Source of the DNA: Actinomycetota bacterium
GTDB lineage: Bacteria > Actinomycetota > Actinomycetes > Actinomycetales > Dermatophilaceae
Reading direction: 5' to 3'
DNA length: 46,367 bases
NCBI GenBank assembly: GCA_040005715.1
Contig: JBDTYK010000001.1
Coordinates: 1-46,367 of the forward strand
The translations under genes and the position numbers were made by a program. Shown in pieces: positions 37,941 to 46,367 of this stretch. Numbering within the stretch: position 1 is the first letter of the stretch; each line of letters begins with the position of its first letter. The notes beneath the pieces were generated by a model. It searched no databases, was not told the origin of the DNA, and saw nothing but the letters and a program-made list of their open reading frames with translations.

Positions 37941-38481
37941 TTCCGTGAGCACGAGTGCCCCTCCAGAAGAGTGGATGTGTCGGCGGAGCCGCCGAAGAGT
38001 CGATGGGACCCGGTTACCAGCGTGACCGAGGCCAACCGGGTTGTCACGGTTTCTCTCACGGCTGTAATGCGGACTTGGGAGCACTCGCTCAGGTGACAGG
38101 CCCGTCATACTCGAGCTTCATCTACGCACGTAGACCTGAGTACCCCAACCCGTACTAGCGGGATGAACAAGCCCAATCGTCAGCAGAAGGTTCGGGCTAG
38201 TTACGAATGACCATTGTTCGGCCTAATGCACCGGTTCTACCGTTACGAGCCTCAGTAGTTCGTATTGGTTCGTTCACGTTCTTGTATGGGCTGAGTCAGG
38301 ATTCGGCAGAGGTCTCGTCGCCGTCGTGGCTCTGGTTCGGGAGCCTGAGCGTGTCTCGCACGGGGCTGCGGATAGGGGAGCAGGCAGTGGGTATGACAGC
38401 TGTGGCTTTTGAAGCGACTTCAAAGAGTGCATGGCATTCTCGGACCGGGCTGCCTCGCGCGGGCCGGATCGGAGGGAAGTA

Positions 38482-39150
38482 ATGCCTCGCATACTGGTCA
38501 TTGAAGATGAACCCAACCTGAGGCTGTTGCTGGCGCGTCTCTTGGGGGAGGCCGGCTTTGACCTGGTCGAGTGCGAGACCGGAATGACTGGTCTGGCGAC
38601 GGCTCTCGCCGAAGATTTTGACCTGATCGTCTTGGACCTGACGCTCCCTGATGTTGCCGGAGAGCATGTGTTGCACGTGCTCATGTCCGCAAAACCATCG
38701 TCGCGGGTGCTCGTCCTGTCGTCCGTGACCGAGGTGGGACGGCGAGTAGCGGTACTGGACGGTGGGGCACTTGACTTCGTTGCAAAACCGTTCTCGACTG
38801 CTGAGCTGCTGGCGCGGATTCGGGTTCGGATGGACCAGAGGGGTCAGGAGGGGTCGCGGACACCAGCGGCTGTGATGCCTCCAACTTTCAGGCTGGACAC
38901 CCAGCGCCGGGCTCTCATCGCTGGCGGCAAGCGGATCGGGCTCTCGGAACGCGAATTCGTTCTTCTGGCCTACCTGCTCGGCCGAAGAGGAGAGGTCTGT
39001 AGTCGTCCTGAGCTTCTAGAAGGTGTCTGGGACATGACCTTCGACCCGGGCACCAATGTTGTTGACGTGTACGTGCGTCGGCTAAGGGCCAAGCTTGGCG
39101 AGAGAAGCATCGAGACGATTCGCAATGTTGGCTATCGACTCGTCGCATAG
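38482..39150 (+). CDS. OmpR-family response regulator
   Basis: Uses the internal ATG (MPRILVIEDEPNL) of ORF 38431..39150, with GGAGGGA upstream. Receiver plus winged-helix domains (IRNVGYRLV). Third-position GC is lower than in the core genes. Confidence 0.88.
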   Translation: MPRILVIEDEPNLRLLLARLLGEAGFDLVECETGMTGLATALAEDFDLIVLDLTLPDVAGEHVLHVLMSAKPSSRVLVLSSVTEVGRRVAVLDGGALDFVAKPFSTAELLARIRVRMDQRGQEGSRTPAAVMPPTFRLDTQRRALIAGGKRIGLSEREFVLLAYLLGRRGEVCSRPELLEGVWDMTFDPGTNVVDVYVRRLRAKLGERSIETIRNVGYRLVA

Positions 39151-40276
39151 GTCGCGGCTGCTAACGATCGGATGGCTGGTCGTCGCGAGCACCAACCTCG
39201 CGGTGATGTACGCAGCGTTGGAGGAGTCCCTTCCTGCCGACCTCATCTGGGCCAGCTTCGCGCTTGTCTACGGCCTCACGACGTGGTCGCGTCGTACCAC
39301 CAACCTTGCGTTCTGGGGGATGACTCTCGCAACGAGTGTGCCCATGTTCATGCACCTCGCAAAGGGTACGAGCGTGTGGGCAGAGGCGTGGCAGATCGTC
39401 TGGACGGGAGTGCTGGTCTACCTGCTGATCTGGCATGTGAACCGCCAGCGCTCGGTCCAGCGACAGCTGCTCGAGCTCGGCGAGGCGGAACGGAACAGGG
39501 CGGCTCGCCAGGAGCTCACCACCAGATTCGGCTCCCATGAGATCCGCACGAGACTGAGCGTTGCGCGTGGTTTCGTCGAGCTCATGCGGGACTCCACGGG
39601 CGAGGACCGGACCCGTTCGGACGCGCAGCTGGTGGTGGGTGAGCTGGACAAGGCGGCCGCGCTCAACTCCGGGCTGCTGACCCTCGTCCAGGTGGAGCTC
39701 CAGACGCCGGCGCGGGTCGCGTTCTTCGTATCTGACTTGGTGGAGACGGTGTTCCATCGTTGGACGCCAACCGCTGACCGTGCCTGGTGGAGGGACTCAT
39801 CGGCCGAAGTGATGTATGGAAACCCCGAGCGGTTCGAAGCCGCCCTGGACTGCCTCGTGGAGAATGCCGTCAAGTTCACCGACGACGGCGACGTGATCGG
39901 CATCGAGGCGCACGTCCAACGGGGTGAACTGGTGCTGGCCGTCTCGGACTCGGGCATCGGGATCCCTCAGGAGGAGGTGGGGGGCATCTTCGACACCTTC
40001 CGGACTGGTAGCGAGGCGCGGGAGAGAGCTGGGAGTGGTTTGGGACTGTCGATCGTGGCCGCCATCGTGCAGGCGCAGATGGGGACGGTCGAGGTGGACA
40101 GCCTGGTCGGCTCAGGCACCTGTTTCACCATTCGCTGCCCAGTCGCAGGACGGGGTCGCCCCGGTGGTGCACTGGTGGCGGGGGAGGTGTCCGACCCGAG
40201 CCAGACGTCGCCGCTCAGGGGACGGGTGGCCGGCGGAGAGCCCCACATGGGTGCAGAGGCTTCGCCCGCGACCTAA
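39125..40276 (+). CDS. sensor histidine kinase with a compact 4-TM N-terminus (intramembrane-sensing type)
   Basis: The start overlaps the regulator's 3' end (ATG 39125, or upstream at 39095). H-box FGSHEIRTRLSVA (Arg where SHELRTPL has Pro) and HATPase blocks VENAVKFT...DSGIGIP...GSGLGLSIV. Confidence 0.82.
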   Translation: MLAIDSSHRSRLLTIGWLVVASTNLAVMYAALEESLPADLIWASFALVYGLTTWSRRTTNLAFWGMTLATSVPMFMHLAKGTSVWAEAWQIVWTGVLVYLLIWHVNRQRSVQRQLLELGEAERNRAARQELTTRFGSHEIRTRLSVARGFVELMRDSTGEDRTRSDAQLVVGELDKAAALNSGLLTLVQVELQTPARVAFFVSDLVETVFHRWTPTADRAWWRDSSAEVMYGNPERFEAALDCLVENAVKFTDDGDVIGIEAHVQRGELVLAVSDSGIGIPQEEVGGIFDTFRTGSEARERAGSGLGLSIVAAIVQAQMGTVEVDSLVGSGTCFTIRCPVAGRGRPGGALVAGEVSDPSQTSPLRGRVAGGEPHMGAEASPAT

Positions 40277-40539
40277 TGCCGCGTAACGTATTGAACGCGA
40301 AGCCATCCGTCCATCTCCCGGCCGCGCATTTCGCAGCAGTGTACGTGCTCATGACCTCACAGGGACTCAGCGTCTGCCGGATAGATTCGCAACAACAAGC
40401 CACCCTGGCTACTGGCGCTGACCGCCATTCTTCCGTAGACCATGAAGGCGACTCCACCGAACACTCGCTTCTCGCTGAGGTCCGGTTCGGCCTGGAGGAC
40501 CTTCCGGATCCGCCCCGGCACTGCTTCGTCGTACGCCAT
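40273..40539 (-). pseudogene. TfoX/Sxy N-terminal-domain gene interrupted by an in-frame TGA and truncated at the 3' end
   Basis: The 60-aa ORF (MAYDEAVPGRIRKVLQAEPDLSEKRVFGGVAFMVYGRMAVSASSQGGLLLRIYPADAESL) ends at TGA 40359-40357. Translating on in the same frame gives GHEHVHCCEMRGREMDGWLRV, which matches the family block MRGRxMxGWLRV. The frame then stops early, overlapping the HK stop. Confidence 0.6.
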
Positions 40540-40599
40540 ACCGGCAGTATCGAGCGGGACCCAGCTGATGGCGACCTGTGTGCGCGCTGTCGCCCGGGC

Positions 40600-41098
40600 T
40601 TACCTGGCAAATCGCCCCATGAGCGAGATGCTGGCCACGGAGGCATCCCTGATGGCCGCAGTGCGTCGGGGGCCTTGGTCGGGGACGAGAGGCTGACCGA
40701 CTTGCTCAGGGCGAAGACCGTGAACTCGTAGTGGTGGGTCTTTCCCGGAGGTGGACATGCGCCGACGAACCCAGACGTGCCGTTGCTGGCGGGGTGGGTC
40801 ATCGAGTCCTTCGGAATCTGGCCCGACGTGGTGGTGCGAGTCTGATGCGGGATGCCGGTCGACCAGTGGTTCCACGGCGTCAGCTTCACGTCGAGGTCCC
40901 GCATCACAAAGGCCCAGCCCTGGGTTCCGGCTGGCGAGAAGCCGTACCAGCTCAATGGGGGCGAGAGTTGTCACCGCGCAGCTGTAGTTGACCGGGATCA
41001 TCCCTTGTGACGAGAAGGGTCCGGCTCCTCAAGGTCAACGGCCCTGTCTCAGGTTTCCTGGTCGGTGCCGCGGCCGTATCACCATGATGAAAATGCAT
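40600..41098 (-). pseudogene. PEBP / YbhB-YbcL-family gene broken by several frameshifts
   Basis: Family blocks are spread over all three minus-strand frames: PLTLRS, then FSSQGMIPVNYSC, then GDN, then SPPLSWYGFSPAGTQGWAFVMRDLD...GACPPPGKTHHYEFTVFAL...KAPDALR, then TAAIRDASVASISLMGRFAR-stop. Two of the shifts lie at C5 runs. The 5' limit is approximate. Confidence 0.6.
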
Positions 41099-41264
41099 GA
41101 GAACAGCGCTGGGTGCCACCGAGGAGTCGGTGCCTTCAACGTGGATGCTCGGCAGCTGATTGGACCTCGTGGCGCCCGGATGGATCTTGGCAGCCTTGCT
41201 CAACGGCTCTCCGGATTTGAGCGGTTAGCAAGTCGGGGGCGTGGACGTAGGACACCCGCGATCG

Positions 41265-41317
41265 CGGCAATCATGGGTGTTCGGCAATCATGGGTGTTTC
41301 GGCGATCTTGGATGTTG
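41265..41317. repeat. three head-to-tail copies of a 17-18-nt unit in the leader/promoter region of the GGDEF-EAL gene
   Basis: cggcaatcatgggtgtt / cggcaatcatgggtgttt / cggcgatcttggatgttg, read directly from the sequence. Confidence 0.85.
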
Positions 41318-41484
41318 CGGAGCCAGACGTGGCTCGAGATCACGTCGTCTCATGAGATGACCAGTATTCGCAATACGGAGGCGAAAGGATCTTCGCTTCG
41401 ACATGATATAAAAAGACCGCTTTGCGACACACTCATCGACCTGCGGCGTCAGACCTGAAGCTGCCCGTCCGGGGTGAGAGGACC

Positions 41485-43593
41485 ATGACTGTGGCTGAGC
41501 CGGCGCCCGATCCCGAAGCACCGACCCTTGCGGACCCCGCTTGGAGCCAGGGAGTAGCACGCTTGCGCCTGCAGGCATCAGATGAGCGTCTGGCCGTACG
41601 CAGCCGGGCTGCGAGCGTTGTTCTGGTCCTTGTCCTGCTTGCCGTCAGCGTGTTCGCGGTCTGGACGTCGCAAGCAACGAGCTACGCGGCGAGCCGGGCT
41701 GTCGCGGCCAGCCATCTATCCGATCATTTCGCCGAAGCCGCCACGGCAGTGGCTGCAGAGGAGTCCTGGGAGCGCAAGTACCGCCTGGAGCCGCGGCCTG
41801 AGAACCGGACCGGGTACAACGCCGCAGCCGCCGATCTGGTCTCGGCGCTGGGTTGGGTCCGCAGGGATGGCGTGACCAGCGATCGAGTCCTCGTGGACGC
41901 GGTCCTGGCCCAGCACCGCATCTATCTCACGGCCATCGACCATCTGTTTGCCGCAGTCGACCGAGGCGACACGACCACTGTGCTGCGCGTGGATGGCACC
42001 GAGGTCGACCCGTTCGCCAGCAGGATTCGGAAGTCTGTGGGCGAAGCGGCGAGCCGCGAGCATCAGATCGCCCTGGCCGAGCTCGCGCATCTGCAGCAGC
42101 TCGAGACTCTTACCAGTGGGATCACCCCCGTGGTGTTCCTGGTGGGCCTTGCGCTGGCGGCCCTTCTGGTGTCGATTACCCGGGGACACCGCCGGCTGCT
42201 GGATGTCGAACGCGCCCGCGCAGTGCACGACTCCCTGCATGACGCTCTGACCGGCCTGCCGAACCGCTCGCTGCTGGCCGACCGTTTCGGGCAGGCGCTA
42301 CGGGTGGATGGCCGGTTGGGGACGCGAACCGGGCTGCTGCTGATCGATCTGGACCGCTTCAAGGATGTCAATGACACCTTCGGCCACCACTACGGTGACG
42401 AGCTGCTCACCCAGGTCGGGAACCGCCTGGTCGGCGAGCTGCGCGCTCCGGACACGGTGGCACGCCTTGGCGGGGACGAGTTCGCGGTCCTGTTGCCAAA
42501 CGTCGGCGGTCTGGACAACGCCACCGCTATTGCGACCAGCCTGCGTGCTTGCCTTGAGAAGCCCTTTCATGTCGAGGGCATCGACCTGGACGTGGAGGCC
42601 AGCGTCGGCGTGGTCCTGTCGGGCAACCATGGGGGGGACACGACCACCCTGATGCAACGCGCAGACATCGCCATGTATGTCGCCAAGACCCAGACCTTGG
42701 GCGTATTCGCCTACGAACCGGGCGCCGACGGACACTCACCCACCAAGCTCGCGCTGCTCGGAGATCTGCGGCGGGCGCTGGAACGCGGCGAGCTCATCCT
42801 TCACTACCAACCCCAGGTCGACATCGGGACCGGCGATGTGGTCGGCGTGGAGGGGCTCATCCGCTGGCAACACCCACAGCGGGGCCTGGTCATGCCTGAC
42901 GAGTTCATCCCACTTGCTGAACACACCGGACTGATCGGCCCGCTCACGCGCCATGTCCTGGACGTTGCGCTCGCGCAGGCGCGAGTCTGGTCCGATGCCG
43001 GCCGGCCGTTGACGGTCTCGGTGAACCTCTCGGTTCGCAACCTGCTCGACGAAGCCCTACCCGGCCAGGTCACCGCCCTTCTTGGCGCCCATGGGGTCGC
43101 CCCTGAGTTGCTCAAGCTCGAAGTGACCGAGACGGCGATCATGACCGAACCGGCGCGCGCGCAGCGGCTGCTCACGGAGCTGTCGGCTCTGGGGATCCGA
43201 ATCTCCATCGACGACTTCGGGGCTGGCTACACCAGCCTCGGCCAGCTCAAGAACCTGCCTGTCAACGAGCTCAAGATCGACCGGTCCTTCGTGATCACGA
43301 TGACGGAGGACCCGAGCAACGCGTTGATCGTCCGAAGCGTCGTCGACCTCGGTCACAACCTTGGCTTCGGACTGGTCGCCGAGGGCGTCGAGTCCGAGCA
43401 GACCTTGACCGCGCTGGCCGCGGTTGGCTGCGATGTGGCTCAGGGCTACCACCTCTCGCGCCCGCTCACGGCGGCAGCGTTCGACAAGTGGATGGCAGGG
43501 CAGCGCGTTGCGCCGATTCACCGCACCATAGCGGCGTCGGCGACGTTGGCGAACAGCCCCGCCAGCGACGAGATCCTGACCTTGACCCAGTAG
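41485..43593 (+). CDS. membrane-bound GGDEF-EAL protein with a periplasmic helical sensor domain between two TM segments
   Basis: Uses the internal ATG (MTVAEPAPD) of ORF 41422..43593, with GAGAGG upstream. GGDEF is intact (ARLGGDEF) with RAPD five residues upstream. EAL-domain blocks are present (VEGLIRW, LEVTE, DDFGAGYTSL, KIDRSF, AEGVES, QGY). Confidence 0.9.
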   Translation: MTVAEPAPDPEAPTLADPAWSQGVARLRLQASDERLAVRSRAASVVLVLVLLAVSVFAVWTSQATSYAASRAVAASHLSDHFAEAATAVAAEESWERKYRLEPRPENRTGYNAAAADLVSALGWVRRDGVTSDRVLVDAVLAQHRIYLTAIDHLFAAVDRGDTTTVLRVDGTEVDPFASRIRKSVGEAASREHQIALAELAHLQQLETLTSGITPVVFLVGLALAALLVSITRGHRRLLDVERARAVHDSLHDALTGLPNRSLLADRFGQALRVDGRLGTRTGLLLIDLDRFKDVNDTFGHHYGDELLTQVGNRLVGELRAPDTVARLGGDEFAVLLPNVGGLDNATAIATSLRACLEKPFHVEGIDLDVEASVGVVLSGNHGGDTTTLMQRADIAMYVAKTQTLGVFAYEPGADGHSPTKLALLGDLRRALERGELILHYQPQVDIGTGDVVGVEGLIRWQHPQRGLVMPDEFIPLAEHTGLIGPLTRHVLDVALAQARVWSDAGRPLTVSVNLSVRNLLDEALPGQVTALLGAHGVAPELLKLEVTETAIMTEPARAQRLLTELSALGIRISIDDFGAGYTSLGQLKNLPVNELKIDRSFVITMTEDPSNALIVRSVVDLGHNLGFGLVAEGVESEQTLTALAAVGCDVAQGYHLSRPLTAAAFDKWMAGQRVAPIHRTIAASATLANSPASDEILTLTQ

Positions 43594-44107
43594 TCCACGA
43601 GGCAGAGCGCCGTCGGCGAGCACAGCCTGGCCTCGCAGGACGCCGGCAACCATTCTTCGTCGCGAGCGTTTGAGATCCTGCATCTGCCGTGAGATCTGAT
43701 GAGTGTCCGGGGGACTTGGACTCACATTATGGCCTCATCGTCGAGGGGCACGGGGTGACGGATTGTGCTCCAGCGCAATGGTTTTGGGGGTCCATCGTCA
43801 GGATTCGACATGCCAGAACACCCAAATACGTCAACGGCGCTATCACGCGAAGATCACGGCGTCCTGCTGAGGGCTGACATCGTTGAATCGACGAACAGGC
43901 GCCGAGGATGGCCTCAGGTGATGGACACCAGCGTTGCAGGACCGGGCGATGACGAGGACGCGACTGCCGATCAAGACGTGACAACCACGATGCGGTTCGA
44001 TGGAGATTCACTCACATAATGGCGATGAGCGGATGGTATCAAGCGGCTGGACAGGGTCGGTCCCAGTCGGTGAGCGCTTGGACGTCCGCCGGGACGATGG
44101 TCGACCC

Positions 44108-44518
44108 ATGCCGACCGTGAGGCAGGCGGATCCTAGTGAGGTGGCTGCGCTGAGCGTCGCCCTGACGCAGGCCTTTGACGCGGAGCCGGTGACGGAGTGG
44201 ATGTTGCCTCAACGCACACGACGCAGAGCACGTCGGGAGCTGATGTTCACGCTCGACTTGGAGATCTACGTGCTGCCTCACGGCGGTCTGGTGTCCTCAG
44301 CCGACGATGACCAAGGTGATCTCGTCGGCGCGTGCCTCGCGTTGCCGCCAGGTAGGTGGGAGATGTCCAAAGCCGTCGATGGCCGAATTGCCGAGAAGTC
44401 GCACTTCTTACCCAGGGAGCCGGGTCCGTCGAGTCCGTTCAGCCGCGGATCTCAGGACTCTGACGCCCTTTGTGGGGATTCTGCGGGCGGCCTCCAGCTT
44501 GGCGGCTACGCGCCTTGA
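44108..44518 (+). pseudogene. GNAT-family N-acetyltransferase remnant (only the N-terminal half recognisable)
   Basis: From ATG 44108: MPTVRQADPSEVAALSVALTQAFDAEPVTEWMLP...GDLVGACLALPPGRWEM matches the N-terminal pattern of a GNAT subfamily. The remaining ~50 codons do not, and no acetyl-CoA-binding block is seen in any frame. Confidence 0.35.
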
Positions 44519-44587
44519 ACCAGCAACTCGGCAGGGCCAAGTTCCTTCGAATCGCAGTGAGCTTTGCGGCGAAGAGTCGTCCCAGCA

Positions 44588-45508
44588 TCAGAGTACGCGG
44601 AGCATCCCGTTCCAGCCGGAGCCGACCTGTCTGCCGGGCAGGACTCCGCCGCCCGTGCGTCCGGCGTAGAACCAGAGGGTGCCGTCGGCGCGTCGGGCTA
44701 AGAGGTCGCCGCGGCCGTCCTTGTTCATGTCCCCAGGGCTGGTCAGCAGGGTCATGACATTCCAGCCGCCCCCGACCTTTCTGGCGCTGAGGAGTCTGGT
44801 GCCGTTGGAGAAGAAGCTGAACAGGGTTCCGTCTAGCCACAGTTCATTTGGCATGTTGATGGGGATGTCGCTCTGGCGGACTGCTACGACGTCGCCGCGT
44901 TTGTCGCCGTTGAGGTCGCCCATGCCGATGATTGAGCTCATGCTGTTCCAACCCACGCCGACCAGTCGGACGTAGCGCACGCCGCCTGTGGCAAGGATGT
45001 GGTAGAGGTGCAGGGTGCCGTCGGATCGGCGGGCGAGAAGGTCGGGGCGGCCGTCGAGGTCGAAGTCGCCGGGAGTGGCGATCGCTGTCATGGTGCTCCA
45101 GCCGGTTCCGACCTGGATGCCTGAGCCCAGAGCGCCGTGGCCCCTGCCGGGGTAGAGCCACAGGGTGCCGTTGGTGCGGCGTGCCAGCATGTCGGTGTGT
45201 CCGTCGCCGTTGACGTCGCCGGGTGAGCCCTGCCAGTCGAAGTCAGTCCATCCGGAGCCGATCTGGACGCCGGACCTGACTTCGCCGGTGCTCGTCCCCG
45301 CGTACATCCACAGGGTGCCGTTGGAGCGGGTGCCGATCAGGTCAACGGTGCCATCGCCGCTCCAGTCACCGCGCACTCCGCTGTTCGGCGCGGAAGCGTG
45401 GCTGACGGTCGCTAGCTCGGGGGCGGCCTGGGCCTGCGTGAATGAAACCGCCACCAGCCCGAGGCTCAAGATGGCCACTGCGGTTCCCCTGAGCGCGCTT
45501 GCACCCAT
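44588..45508 (-). CDS. secreted FG-GAP/VCBS-like repeat protein
   Basis: Signal peptide MGASALRGTAVAILSLGLVAVSFTQAQA. About six repeats of ~50 aa of the form GDxxGDGxxDLLARRxxGTLWLYxG...VGxGW. ATG at 45508 is preferred; the track ORF starts at TTG 45544. Confidence 0.85.
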   Translation of the reverse strand: MGASALRGTAVAILSLGLVAVSFTQAQAAPELATVSHASAPNSGVRGDWSGDGTVDLIGTRSNGTLWMYAGTSTGEVRSGVQIGSGWTDFDWQGSPGDVNGDGHTDMLARRTNGTLWLYPGRGHGALGSGIQVGTGWSTMTAIATPGDFDLDGRPDLLARRSDGTLHLYHILATGGVRYVRLVGVGWNSMSSIIGMGDLNGDKRGDVVAVRQSDIPINMPNELWLDGTLFSFFSNGTRLLSARKVGGGWNVMTLLTSPGDMNKDGRGDLLARRADGTLWFYAGRTGGGVLPGRQVGSGWNGMLRVL

Positions 45509-45905
45509 GAGTGCCAAACCTTTCCCTGTTTGCAGCCTCCGCAAGTCGTGGAACTCCGGATGCCCCGTTGGATGAAGTCGCCGAGCGTAGCAGGGGGACT
45601 ACTCACACATCGCCTCAGCGCGTGGCCACGGCGACAGGGCAGCGGCGGCTTCCAGGGTCCCCACCAGCACCGGACTACATCAACTGAACGAGGACAAGGT
45701 CAGTGAGTTAGCGGATCGTGAGTCTGAGGAAAGAAGCTAGTGCTCCGTCCAGGGCTAGTTACGACGGCATCACCCGATTTCGTGATGAACGGGCTCGGGA
45801 CTTGGGCTAGACCACCTCGGATTTCTCAGTGAACGCCATGTCCCCAGATGGCAAGGCTGGGCGCCGACTCTGCCTCAGTGGTTCGCTGCTGGAGCCAGCG
45901 GTGCG

Positions 45906-46367
45906 ATGGTGGCGCAGTCGCAGATCGTGGTTTCGGGCTGCACGGCAACCCTGCTGGGCACGATGACGAATGAGACCGGCTTCTACGTGTACTTCTGCGG
46001 TATGCCTCCAGATGCCACGACGTGGGGCACAGATGGCATCGGAACCACCCTGTTTGGCGCCGCCAACGTGGCAACAGACGAACTATCTGGCGTCTTCGCA
46101 AAGCGCCGCCCCCGTCGCGGGATCTCACCGGGCGGGTCCCGCGGAGCCTCGAGCTCGCGATCGTTCGATGGCGTGCACCGTCGCAGTGTGCGGTTCCTCT
46201 TTCGGCGCTCGTCCTGGCGCGATCACGGACCCGAAATCCTTCCTCTCATGCGCGCGGAGCGGGCGGTTACTGTGCCTTCTTCCGCCTGTGGGTCGGGCCC
46301 TGAAATAGGGGGCGAAAAGTCTCAAATATCTCACGGGCGACTTTCCTGGGACGGGTTCGACCCGGGA
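45906..46367 (+). CDS. possible CDS or gene remnant running off the window (no family recognised)
   Basis: A frame not in the track, open from 45789 to the window end. First ATG at 45906 (MVAQSQIVVSGCTATLLGTMTNETGFYVYFCGMPPDATTWGTDGIGTTLFGAANVATDELSGVFAK...). Third positions are GC-rich, but the distal half is Arg/Ser-rich and unconvincing. Confidence 0.2.
   Translation, partial: MVAQSQIVVSGCTATLLGTMTNETGFYVYFCGMPPDATTWGTDGIGTTLFGAANVATDELSGVFAKRRPRRGISPGGSRGASSSRSFDGVHRRSVRFLFRRSSWRDHGPEILPLMRAERAVTVPSSACGSGPEIGGEKSQISHGRLSWDGFDPG

Noticed and set aside
38408-38424. Short inverted repeats in promoter regions: TTTGAAG-cga-CTTCAAA at 38408-38424 upstream of the second regulator, GCCGATC-aggc-GATCGGC at 9944-9961, and 10-bp arms tgatgacggc/gccgtcatca at 34408-34417 and 34445-34454 upstream of the KAS III gene. 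The last pair flanks a possible TTGACC-19 nt-TAGTCT promoter.
   Set aside because: At 7-10 bp they are too short to separate from chance without comparative or binding data, and the promoter spacing is non-optimal. They are noted only as places to look if transcription data become available.
38109-38481. I looked for a cyclic-di-AMP (ydaO-type) riboswitch upstream of the transglycosylase operon. I also examined the 91-codon ORF 38207..38482, whose stop overlaps the regulator's ATG (TAATG).
   Set aside because: None of the ydaO core blocks I recall (ACGGGGUGAAUC, CCGAACCCGACAGCUAACCUCGUAAG) are present on either strand. The small ORF has no RBS, no clear TM segment or motif, and only moderate GC3. 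It stays unresolved rather than called.
38193-45764. An identical 13-mer, gggctagttacga, at 38193-38205 and 45752-45764 brackets the lower-GC segment. I considered these as att-like direct repeats of an island.
   Set aside because: Similarity does not extend beyond 13 nt. There is no integrase, tRNA or other mobility gene, and many 13-nt matches are expected by chance among a billion position pairs, although this AT-containing word is rarer. It is worth a genome-wide word count but is not supported as an attachment site.
46290-46367. A T-loop-like gggttcgaccc and a gggggcg start near the window end suggested a tRNA or tmRNA 5' end.
   Set aside because: I could not build an acceptor/D-arm/anticodon structure. 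The stem around ttcga is only 4 bp, and the 5' sequence does not match the GGGGCUG...UUCGAC tmRNA start.

Overview
This is a GC-rich, actinobacterial-type chromosomal segment (composition and codon bias judged by eye, not computed) with about 40 genes, packed with few gaps. From 1 to 17.7 kb the genes are mostly housekeeping. They include a partial LLM/F420 oxidoreductase, divergent glgC and glgA, an orphan ABC ATPase, NfeD-SPFH, TauE, TrmH, a GGDEF cyclase, a PlsC-type acyltransferase coupled to a heterodimeric ABC exporter, a RecQ-like (RqlH-type) helicase and a PAP2 phosphatase. From 17.8 to 38.1 kb nearly everything is on the minus strand. This stretch holds a malic enzyme, an OmpR/HK pair, and a five-gene translationally coupled redox operon (small anchored protein, ApbE, ferric-reductase-like membrane protein, NuoF-like protein, ferredoxin) with a divergent PepSY gene. 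It also holds a FabH-like KAS III with an unrecognised N-terminal domain, followed by a 1.8k-aa eukaryote-type single-chain biotin carboxylase and a DUF1003 gene, then small VOC and DUF4242 genes, and a lytic-transglycosylase/DUF2202-like fusion. From 38.1 kb to the end the sequence looks accessory and decaying: GC is visibly lower, there is a second two-component system, TfoX, PEBP and GNAT remnants, an intact GGDEF-EAL gene and an FG-GAP repeat protein. I found no rRNA, tRNA, CRISPR array, transposase or integrase. The best candidates for undescribed biology are the ApbE/ferric-reductase/NuoF-like/ferredoxin operon, which has no recognisable flavinylation acceptor, and the KAS III-fusion/giant carboxylase/DUF1003 module. 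Family calls rest on motif recognition by eye and need HMM or structure searches to confirm.
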